A stretch of DNA of 64,000 nucleotides from the human T2T-CHM13v2.0 reference genome, Homo sapiens: NCBI RefSeq assembly GCF_009914755.1, contig NC_060933.1, one strand, 5' to 3'. The notes under the pieces are model-generated. The model was not told the origin of the DNA and searched no databases. It saw only the letters and a program-made list of their open reading frames with translations. The first letter of the stretch is position 1, and the number at the start of each line of letters is the position of its first letter. Positions 42,901 through 54,800 of this stretch are shown here, in pieces. Both the position numbers and the translations under genes were made by a program.

Positions 42901-44770
42901 CATTCGATTGCACTCGGGTTGATTCCATTCCATTGCATTCCATTCCATTCCATTCGATTCCATTCCATTCCATTCCGTTCCATTCCATTCCATTACATTC
43001 GAATTGATTCTATTCAATTCCCTTACACTCCATTACATTACATTCCATTCGGGTAGTTTCCATTCCATTCCATTCCATTCCTCTCCATTCCATTGCACTC
43101 GGGTTGATTCCATTCCATTGCATTCCATTCCATTCCATTCAATTCTATTCCGTTCCATTCCATTCCATTACATTCGGATTGATTCTATTCAACTCCCTTA
43201 CTCTCCATTACATTCCATTCCATTCGGGTTGTTCTATTCCATTCCATTCCATTCCACTCCATTCCATTTGACTCGGGTTGATTCCATTCCATTCCATTCC
43301 ATTCCATTCCATTCCATTCCGGAAGATTCCATTCCATTGCATTCCATTCCATTGCATTCCCCTGCACTCGCGTTGATTCTATTCTATTCCATTCTATTCC
43401 ATTCCATTCCCTTCCTTTCCGTTCCATTCCATTCCATTCCATTCCATTCCATTCCGTTCCGTTCCGTTCCGTTCCGTTCCGTTCCATTCCTTTCCATTCC
43501 ATTCTATTCGGGTTAATTCCATTCCATTCCATTCGATTGCAATCGAGTGGATTCCATTCCATTCCATTCCATTCCATTCCTTTCCATTCCATTACGGATG
43601 ATTCCATTCCATTGCATTCCATTCCATTCCATTCCCCTGTACTCGGGTTGATTCCATTCCATTCCATTCCAATCCATGCCCTTCCACTCGTGTTGATTCC
43701 ATTATTTCCATTCCATTCTAGTTGAATCCATTCCATTGCATTCCATTCCATTAGATTCCATTCGATTGCACTCGGGTTGATTCCATTCCGTTGCATTCCA
43801 TTCCATTCCATTCCATTCCATTCCATTCCATTCCATTCCATTCCGTTCCATTCCATTCCATTACTTTCGGATTGATTCTATTCAACTCCCTTACTCTCCA
43901 TTACATTCGATTCCATTCGGGTTGTTCCATTCCATTCCATTCCATTCCACTCCATTCCATTGCACTCGGGTTGATTCCATTACATTCCATTCCATTCCGG
44001 AAGATTCCATTCCATTACATTCCATTACATTCCATTCCCCTGTACTCGCGTTGATTCCATTCCTTTCCATTCCATTCCATTCCATTCCATTCCATTCCAT
44101 TCCGTTCCGTTCCATTCCATTCCATTCCATTCCATTCCATTCCGTTCCGTTCCATTCCATTCCATTCCATTCTATTCGGGTTAATTCCATTCAATTCCAT
44201 TCGATTGCAATCGTGTTGATTCCATTCCATTCCATTCCATTCCATTCAATTCCATTCCGTTCCATTCCATTCCATTATATTCGGATTGATTCTACTCAAC
44301 TCCTTTACTCTCCATTATATTCCATTCCATTCGGGTTGTTCCATTCCATTCCATTCCATTCCACTCCATTCTATTGCACTCGGGTTTGTTCCATTCCATT
44401 CCATTCCATTCCATTCCATTCCGGAAGATTCCATTCCATTGCATTCCATTCCTTTCCATTCCCCTGCACTCGCGTTGATTCCACTCCATTCCATTCCTTT
44501 CCATTCCATTCCATTCCATTCCTTTCCGTTCCATTCCATTCCATTCCATTCCATTCCATTCCATTCCGTTCTATTCCGTTCCGTTCCGTTCCATTCCATT
44601 CCATTCCATTCTATTCGGGTTAATTCCATTCCATTCCATTCGATTGCAATCGAGTTGAATCCATTCCATTCCATTCCATTCCATTCCATTCCTTTCCATT
44701 CCATTACGGATGATTCCATTCCATTGCATTACATTCCATTCCATTCCCCTGTACTCGGGTTGATTCCATT
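36990..44770 (+). repeat. Local higher-order repeat: three tandem ~2.6-kb units
   Basis: Private variants recur in register: ATTATTTCC..TTCTAGTTG at about 38493/41092/43716, TTCTACTCAACTCC at about 39021/41636/44290, and TGCATACC at about 37152/39676/42300. Confidence 0.9.
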
Positions 44771-44827
44771 CCATTCCATTCCATTCCATTCTATTCCATT
44801 CCATTCCATTCCATTCCGGAAGATTCC
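38113..44827. promoter_or_regulatory. Cluster of 12 perfect HSE motifs
   Basis: ATTCCGGAAGATTCC starts at 38113, 38751, 39159, 39854, 40682, 41350, 41773, 42468, 43316, 43994, 44418 and 44813. Confidence 0.6.
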
Positions 44828-47207
44828 ATTCCATTGCATTCCATTCCATTCCATTCCCCTGCACTCGCGTTGATTCCATTCCATTCCATTCCATTCAATT
44901 CCATTCCATTCCATTGCATTCCGATCCGTTCCGTTCCATTCCATTCCATTCCATTCCATTCCGTTCCATTCCATTCCATTCCATTCCATTCCATTCTATT
45001 CGGGTTAATTCCATTCCATTCCATTCAATTGCAATCGAGTTGATTCCATTCCATTCCATTCCATTCCATTCCATTCCATTCCTTTCCATTACATTACGGA
45101 TGATTCCATTCCATTTCATTCCATTCCATTCCATTCCCCTGTACTCGGGTTGATTCCATTCCATTCCATTCCAATCCATGCCATTCCACTCGTGTTGATT
45201 CCATTCTTTCCATTCCATTCAAGTTGAATCCATTCCATTGCATTCCATTCCATTCGATTCCATTCGATTGCACTCGGGTTGATTCCATGGCATTCCATTC
45301 CATTCCATTCCATTCCATTCCATTCCATTCCATTCCTTTCCATTCCATTCCATTCCATTCCATTCCATTCGGATTCATTCTATTCAATTCCCTTACACTC
45401 CATTCCATTCCATTCCATTCGTGTAGTTTCCATTCCATTCCATTCCATTCCTCTCCATTCCATTGCACTCGGGTTGATTCCATTCCATTCCATTCCATTT
45501 CATTCCATTCCATTCCATTCCGGATGATTCCATTCCATTGAATTCCATTCCATTCCGTTCCCCTGCACTTGGGTTGATTCCATTCCATTCCATTCCATTC
45601 CTTTCTGTTCCATTCCATTCCATTCCATTCCATTCTATTCGTGTTAATTCCGTTCCATTCTATTCCATTCCATTCCATTGAAATCGTGTTGATTCCATTC
45701 CATTCCATTCCATTCCATTCCATTCCATTCCATTCCATTCCGGATGATTCCATTCCATTGCATTCCATTCCATTCCATTCCCCTGCGCTCGGGTTGATTC
45801 CATTACATTCCATTCCATTACATTCCATTCCATTCCGTTCCATTTCATTCTATTCGTGTTAATTCCATTCCATTCCATTCCACTCCATTCCAGTCCTTTC
45901 CATTCCATTCCACTCGGGTTGATTCCATTCTATTCCTTTTAATTCCATTCCATTCCATTGCAATCGAGTGGATTCCATTCGAGTTGAATCCATTCCATTC
46001 CATTCCATTCCATTCCATTGTATTCGGGTTAATTCCATTCCATTCCATTCCATTCCATTCCATTCCATTACAATCGAGTTGTTTCCATTCCATTGCATTC
46101 CATTCCATTCCATTCCAGTCCTTTCCATTCCATTCCACTCGGGTTGATTCCATTCTATTAGTTTCCATTCCATTCCATTCCCTTCCATTGCACTCTGGTT
46201 GATTCCATTCCTTTCCATTCCACTCGAATACATTCCCTCCTATTCCACTCGGAACTATTCCATTCCATTCCATTCCATTCCATTCCATTCCATTCCATTC
46301 CATTCCACTTCGTTCCATTCCATTCTATTCCGTACCATTCCATTCCATTCCTTTCCTTTCCATTCCATTCCTTTCCACTCGTGTTGATTCCATTCCTTAA
46401 CATTCCATTCGGTTTGAAGGCATTCCATCCCATTCAATTCCATTCCATTCCATTCAATTCCATTCCATTCTATTCCATTCCATTGCAATCGAGTTGAATC
46501 CATTGCCTTTCATTCCATTCCATTCCATTCAATTGCATTCCGGAAGATTCCATTCAATTACATTCCATTCCATTCCATTCCCCTGCACTCGCGTTGATTC
46601 CATTCCATTCCATTCCATTCCATTCCGTTCCGTTCCATTCCATTCCATTCCATTCCATTCCGTTCCGTTCCATTCCATTCCATTCCATTCTATTCGGGTT
46701 AATTCCATTCCATTCCATTCGATTGCCATCGAGTTGATTCCATTCCATTCCATTCCATTCCATTCCATTCCATTCCTTTCCATTCCATTACGGCTGACTC
46801 CATTCCATTGCTTTCCATTCCATTCCATTCCCCTGTACTCGGGTTGATTCCATTCCATTCCATTCCACTCCATTCGGTTCCGTAGCATTCCATTCTATTG
46901 CATTCCATTCTATTCGGGTTAATTCCATTCCATTCTATTCCATTCCATTCTATTCCATTCCATTGCAATGGAGTTTATTCCATTCCATTCCATTCCATTC
47001 CGGATGATTCCATTCCATTGCATTCCATTCCATTCCATTCCCCTGCACTCGTGTTGATTCCATTCCCTTCCATTCCATTCCATTCCGTTCCATTCCATTC
47101 AATTCCATTCTATTCCGGTTAATTCCATTCCATTCCATTCCATTCCATTCCATTCCATTCCATTGCAATCGAGTTGATTCCATTCCATTCCTTTCCAATC
47201 CATTCCA

Positions 47208-47490
47208 TTGCCTTCCATTCCACTCGGGTTGATTCCATTCCCTTCTTTCCACTCCATTACATTCCCTTCCATTCCACTCGGAATGATTGATTCCATTCCA
47301 TTCCATTCCATTTCATTCCATTGCAATCCATTCCAATCCATTCCATTCCATTCCATTCCTCTCGAGTTGACTTCATTCCATTCCTTTCCATTCCATTCCA
47401 TTCCTTTCCACTCGAGTTGATTCCATTCCATTCCAATCCATTGCAATCCATTCCATGCCATTCCACTCGGGTTGATTCCATTCCTTTGCA
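47208..47490 (+). repeat. Divergent module E (CCCTTCTTTCCACTCC...GGAATGATTGATTCC...CTCGAGTTGACTTC), representative of 5 copies
   Basis: Copies at about 33810-34055, 47208-47490, 49487-49765, 51929-52195 and 55877-56085. It carries CTCGAG sites and ATGATTGATT, which were not noticed in the first 33 kb. Confidence 0.88.
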
Positions 47491-50400
47491 TTCCATTCCA
47501 TTCCATTCCATTGCATTCCATTCCATTCCATTCCGTTGCATTCCATTCCATTACATTCGGATTGATTCTATTCAACTCCCTTACTCCCCATTACATTCCA
47601 TTCCGTTCGGGTTGTTCCATTCCATTCCATTCCATTCCACTCCATTCCATTGCACTCGGGTTGATTCCATTCCATTCCATTCCATTCCATTCCATTCCAT
47701 TCCGGATGATTCCATTCCATTACATTGCGTTCCATTACATTCCCCTGCACTCGGGTTGATACCATTCCATTCCATTCCATTCCATTCCATTCCATTCCAT
47801 TCCGGATGATTCCATTCCATTGCATTCCATTCCATTCCATTCCCCTGCACTCGGGTTGATTACATTCCATTTCCTTCCATTCCATTCCTTTCCATTCCAT
47901 TCCATTCCATTCTATTCGGGTGAATTCCATTCCATTCCATTCCATTCCATTGCATTCCATTCCATTCCATTCCATTCCATTGCAATCGAATTGATTCCAT
48001 TCCATTCCATTCCATTCCGTTCCGGATGATTCCATTCCATTCCATTCCATTCCATTCCATTCCATTCCATTCCATTCCATTCCCCTGCAGTCGGGTTGAT
48101 TCCATTCCATTCCATTCCATTCCATTCCATTCCAATCGAGTTGATTCCATTCCATTCCATTCCAGTCCATTCCACTCCATTGCAGTCCTTTCCATTCCAT
48201 TACACTCGGGTTGATTCCATTCTATTCCTTTCCATTCCATTCCATTCCATTGCAATCGAGTTGATTCCATTGCTTTGCATTCCATTCCATTCCATTCCAT
48301 TCCGGATGATTCCATTCCATTGCATTCCATTCCATTCCATTCCCCTGCACTCGGGTTGATTCCATTCCATTCCACTCCATTCCGTTCCATTCCATTCCAT
48401 TCCATTTTATTCGGGTTAATTCCATTCCATTCCATTCCATTCCATTCCATTCCATTCCATTACAATCGAGTTGATTCCATTCCATTCCATTCCATTCCAT
48501 TCCATTCCATTCCAGTCCTTTCCATTCCATTCCACTCGGGTTGATTCCATTCTATTAGTTTCCATTCCATTCCATTCCCTTCCATTCCACTCTGGTTGAT
48601 TCCATTCCTTTCTATTCCACTCGAATACATTCCCTCCTATTCCACTCGGAATGATTCCATTTCATTCCATTCCATTCCATTCCATTCCATTCCAGTTCGT
48701 TCCATTCCATTCTATTCCGTACCATTCCATTCCATTCCATTCCTTTCCATTCCATTCTTTTCCACTCGTGTTGATTCCATTCCATTCCATTCCATTCCAT
48801 TCCATTCTATTCCATTCCATTCCATTCCATTCCCCTGCACTCGCGTTGATTCCATTCCATTCCATTCCATTCCATTCCGTTCCGTTCCATTCCGTTCCAT
48901 TCCATTCCATTCCATTCCGTTCCGTTCCATTCCATTCCATTCCATTCTATTCGGGTTAATTCCATTCCATTCCATTCCATTGCCATCGAGTTGATTCCAT
49001 TCCATTCCATTCCATTCCATTCCATTCCATTCCATTCCTTTCCATTCCATTACGGATGACTCCATTCCATTGCATTCCATTCCATTCCATTCCCCTGTAC
49101 TCGGGTTGATTCCATTCCATTCCATTCCACTCCATTCGGTTCCGTTGCATTCCATTCTATTGCATTCCATTCTATTCGGGTTAATTCCATACCATTCTAT
49201 TCCATTCCATTCCATTCCATTCCATTGCAATGGAGTTGATTCCATTCCATTCTATTCCATTCCGGATGATTCCATTCCATTACATTCCATTCCATTCCAT
49301 TCCCCTGCACTCGTGTTGAATCCATTCCATTCCATTCCATTCCATTCCGTTCCATTCCATTCCATTCCATTCTATTCCGGTTAATTCCATTCCATTCCAT
49401 TCCATTCCATTCCATTCCATTCCATTCCATTCCATTCCATTGCAATCGAGTTGTTTCCATTCCATTCCTTTCCATTCCATTCCATTGCCTTGCATTCCAC
49501 TCGGGTTGATTCCATTCCCTTCTTTCCACTCCATTACATTCCCTTCCATTCCACTCGCAATGATTGATTCCATTCCATTCCATTCCATTTCATTCCATTG
49601 CAATCCATTCCAATCCATTCCGTTCCATTCCATTCCACTCGAGTTGACTTCATTCCATTCCTTTCCATTCCATTCCGTTCCTTTCCACTCGAGTTGATTC
49701 CATTCCACTCCAATCCATTGCATTCCATTCCATGCCATTCCACTCGGGTTGATTCCATTCCTTTGCATTCCATTCCATTCCATTCCATTGCATTCCATTC
49801 CATTCCATTCGCCTGCACTCGTTTTGAATCCGTTCCATTCCATTCCATTCCATTCCGTTCCATTCCATTCCATTCCATTCTATTCCGGTTAATTCCATTC
49901 CATTCAATTCCATTCCGTTCCATTCCATTCCATTACATTCGGATTGATTCTATTCAACTCCCTTACTCTCCATTACATTCCATTCCATTCGGGTTGTTCC
50001 ATTCCATTCCATTCCATTCCACTCCATTCCATTGCTCTCTGGTTGATTCCATTCCATTCCATTCCATTAAATTCCATTCCATTCCATTCCATTCCATTCC
50101 GGATGATTCCATTCCATTGCATTCCGTTCCATTACATTCCCCTGCACTCGCGTTGATTCCATTCCATTCCATTCCATTCCATTCCATTGCAATCGAGTTG
50201 ATTCCATTGCTTTGCATTCCATTCCATTCCATTCCATTCCGAATGATTCCATTCCATTGCATTCCATTCCACTGCACTCGGGTTGATTCCATTCCATTCC
50301 ACTCCATTCCGTTCCATTCCATTCCATTCCATTGTATTCGGGTTAATTCCATTCCATTCCATTCCATTCCATTCCATTCCATTCCATTCCATTACATTCC

Positions 50401-50929
50401 ATTCCATCACAATCGAGTTGGTTCCATTCCATTCAATTCCATTCCATTCCATTCCATTCCGGATGATTCCATTCCATTACATTCCGTTCCATTACATTCC
50501 CCTGCACTCGGGTTGATTCCATTCCATTCCATTCCATTCCATTCCATTCCATTCCATTCCAATTCTTTCCATTCCATTCTATTCCGTACCATTCCATTCC
50601 ATTCCATACCATTCCATTCCATTCCATTCCATTCCATTCCGTTCCGTTCCGTTCCGTTCCATTCCATTCCATTCCATTATATTCAGGTTAATTCCATTCC
50701 ATTCCATTCCACTCCATTCTATTCCATTCCATTGCAATCGAGTTGAATCCACTGCCTTTCATTCCATTCCATTCCATTCCGGAAGATTCCATTCCATTGC
50801 ATTCCACTCCATTCCATTCGCCTGCACTCGTGTTGATTCCATTCCATTCCATTCCATTCCGTTCCGTTCCATTCCATTCCATTCCATTCCGTTCCATTCC
50901 ATTCCATTCCATTCCATTCTATTCGGGTT

Positions 50930-51850
50930 AATTCGATTCCATTCCATTCGATTGCCATCGAGTTGATTCCATTCCATTCCATTCCATTCCAGTCCATTCC
51001 ATTCCATTCCATTCCTTTCCATTCCATTACGGATGACTCCATCCCATTACATTCCATTCCATTCCATTCCCGTGTACTCGGGTTGATTCCATTCCGTTCC
51101 ATTCCACTCCATTCGGTTCCGTTGCATTCCATTCTATTGCATTCCATTCTATTCGGGTCAATTCCATTCCATTCTATTCCATTCCATTCCATTCCATTCC
51201 ATTGCAATGCAGTTGATTCCATTCCATTCCATTCCATTCCGAATGATTCCATTCCATTGCATTCCATTCCATTCCATTCCCCTGCACTCGTGTTGATTCC
51301 ATTCCCTTCCATTCCATTCCATTCCATTCCATTCCATTCCATTCCATTCTATTCCGGTTAATTCCATTCCATTCCATTCCGTTCCGTTCCATTCCATTCC
51401 ATTCCATTCTATTCGGGTTAATTCCATTCCATTCCATTCGATTGCCATCGAGTTGATTCCATTCCATTCCATTCCATTCCATTTCATTCCATTCCATTCC
51501 TATCCATTCCATTACGGATGACTCCATTCCATTGCATTCCATTCCATTCCATTCCCCTGTACTCGGGTTGATTCCATTCCATTCCAATCCACTCCATTCG
51601 GTTCCGTTGCATTCCATTCTATTGCATTCCATTCTATTTGGTTTAATTCCATTCCATTCTATTCCATTCCATTCCATTCCATTCCATTGCAATGGAGTTG
51701 ATTCCATTCCATTCCATTCCATTCCGGATGATTCCATTCCATTGCATTCCATTCCATTCCATTCCCCTGCACTCGTGTTGATTCCATTCCCTTCCATTCC
51801 ATTCCATTCCGTTCCATTCCATTCCATTCCATTCTATTCCGGTTAATTCC
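50930..51850 (+). repeat. ~485-490-bp tandem duplication
   Basis: GATTGCCATCGAG at 50950/51440, GGATGACTCC at about 51031/51516, and ATTCGGTTCCGTTGC at 51111/51596. Confidence 0.85.
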
Positions 51851-54800
51851 ATTCCATTCCATTCCATTCCATTCCATTCCATTGCAATCGAGTTGACTCC
51901 ATTCCATTCCTTTCCATTCCATTCCATTGCCTTGCATTCCACTCGGGTTGATTCCATTCCCTTTTTTCCACTCCATTACATTCCCTTCCATGATTGATTC
52001 CATTCCATTCTATTCCATTTCATTCCATTGCAATCCATTCCAATCCATTCCATTCCATTCCATTCCACTCGAGTTGACTTCATTCCATTCCTTTCCATTC
52101 CATTCCATTCCTTTCCACCCGAGTTGATTCCATTCCATTCCAATCCATTGCATTCCATTCCACGCCATTCCACTCGGGTTGATTCCATTCCTTTGCATTC
52201 CATTCCATTCCATTCCATTCCATTCCATTCCGTTGTATTCCATTCCATTACATTCAGATTGATTCTATTCAACTCCCTTACTCTCCATTACATTCCATTC
52301 CATTCGGGTTGTTCCATTCCATTCCATTCCATTCCATTCCACTCCATTCCATTGCACTCGGATTGATTCCATTCCATTCCATTCCATTCCATTCCGGATG
52401 ATTCCATTCCATTGCATTCCGTTCCATTACATTCCACTGCACTCGCGTTGATTCCATTCCATTCCATTCCATTCCATTCAATTCCATTCCATTACAATTC
52501 GTTCCATTCCATTCTATTCCGTTCCATTCCATTCCATTCCATAACATTCCATTCCATACCATTCCATTCCATTCCATTCCATTCCGTTCCATTCCGTTCC
52601 ATTCCGTTCCATTCCGTTCCATTCCATTCTCTTCGGGTTAATCCCATTCCATTCCATTCCATTCCATTCTATTCCATTCCATTGCAGTCGAGTTGAATCC
52701 ATTGCATTTCATTCCATTCCATTCCATTCCATTCCATTCCATTCCATTCCGGAAGATTCCATTCAATTGCATTCCATTCCATGCCATACCCCTGCACTCG
52801 CGTTGATTCCATTCCATTCCATTCCATTCCATTCCATTCCGTTCCGTTCCGTTCCGTTCCATTCGATTCCATTCCATTCCATTCCATTCCGTTCCGTTCC
52901 ATTGTATTCCATTCCATTCTATTCGGGTTAATTCCATTCCATTCCATTCGATTGCAATCGTGTTGATTCCATTCCATTCCATTCCATTCCATTCCATTCC
53001 ATTCCTTTCCATTCCATTACGGATGATTCCATTCCATTGCATTCCATTCCATTCCATTCCCCTGTACTCGAGTTGATTCCATTCCATTGCATTCCAATCC
53101 ATGCCCTTCCACTCGTGTTGATTCCATTCTTTCCATTCCATTCAAGTTGAATCCATTCCACTGCTTTCCATTCCATTCGATTCCATTCGATTGCACTCGG
53201 GTTGATTCCATTCCATTGCATTCCATTCCATTCCATTCCATTCTATTCCATTCCGTTCCATTCCATTCCATTACATTCGGATTGATTCTATTCAATTCCC
53301 TTACACTCCATTACATTCCATTCCATTCGGGTAGTATCCATTCCATTCCATTCCATTCCTCTCCATTCCATTGCACTCGGGTTGATTCCATTCCATTTCA
53401 TTCCATTCCATTCCATTCAATTCCATTCCGTTCCATTCCATTCCATTACATTCGGATTGACTCTATTCAACTCCCTTACTCTCCATTACATTCCATTCCA
53501 TTCGGGTTGTTCCATTCCAATCCATTCCATTCCACTCCATTCCATTGCACTCGGGTTTATTCCATACCATTCCATTCCATTCCATTCTATTCCATTCCAT
53601 TCCGGAAGATTCCATTCCATTGCATTCCATTCCATTCCATTCCCCTGCACTCGCGTAGATTCCATTCCATTCCATTCCATTCTATTCCATTCCATTCCAT
53701 TCCATTCCATTCCGTTCCGTTCCGTTCCGTTCTGATCCATTCCATTCCATTCCATTCTATTCGGGTTAATTCCATTCCATTCCATTCGATTGCAATCGAG
53801 TTGATTCCATTCCATTCCATTCCATTCCATTCCATTCCATTCCATTCCATTCCTTTCCATTCCATTATGGATGATTGCATTCCATTGCATTCCATTCCAT
53901 TCCATTCCCCTGTACTCGGGTTGATTCCATTCCATTCCATTCCAATCCATGCCATTCCACTCGTGTTGATTCCATTCTTTCCATTCCATTCAAGTTGAAT
54001 CCATTCCATTGCATTCCATTCCATTCCATTCCCTTGCATTCGGGTTGATTCCATTCTATTCCCTTCCATTCCATTCCATTCCATTCCATTCTATTCGGAT
54101 TAATTCCATTCCATTCCATTCCATCCCATTCCATTCCATTCGGTTCCATTCCGTTCCATTCCATTCCATTCCATTCTGTTCGGGTTAATTCCATTCCATT
54201 CAATTCCTTTCCATTCCATTACGGATGATTCCATACCATTGCATTCCATTCCATTCCATTCCCCTGTACTCGGGTTGATTCCATTCCATTCCATTCCAAT
54301 CCATGCCATTCCACTCGTGTTGATTCCATTCTTTCCATTCCATTCAAGTTGAATGCATTCCATTGCATTCCATTCCATTCCATTCCCCTGCAGTCGGGTT
54401 GATTCCATTCCATTCCATTCCATTCCATTCCATTCCGTTCCATTCCATTCCATTCCATTCTATTCGGGTTAATTCCATTCCACTCCATTCCATTCCAATC
54501 GAGTTGATTCCATTCCATTCCATTCCATTCCATTCCACTCCATTCCAGTCCTTTCCATTCCATTCCACTCGGGTTGATTCCAATGTATTCCTTTCCATTC
54601 CATTCCATTCCATTGCAATCGAGTTGATTCCATTGCTTTGCATTCCATTCCATTCCATTCCATTCCGGATGATTCCATTCCATTGCATTCCATTCCATTC
54701 CATTCCCCTGCACTCGGGTTGATTCCATTCCATTCCACTCCATTCCGTTCCGTTCCATTCCATTCCATTGTATTCGCGTTAATTCCATTCCATTCCATTC

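Noticed and set aside
49598-50746. 382-aa + strand ORF; resemblance to bacterial pentapeptide-repeat proteins
   Set aside because: The periodicity is at the DNA level with no synonymous-site freedom, and it does not match the A(D/N)LXX pentapeptide consensus.
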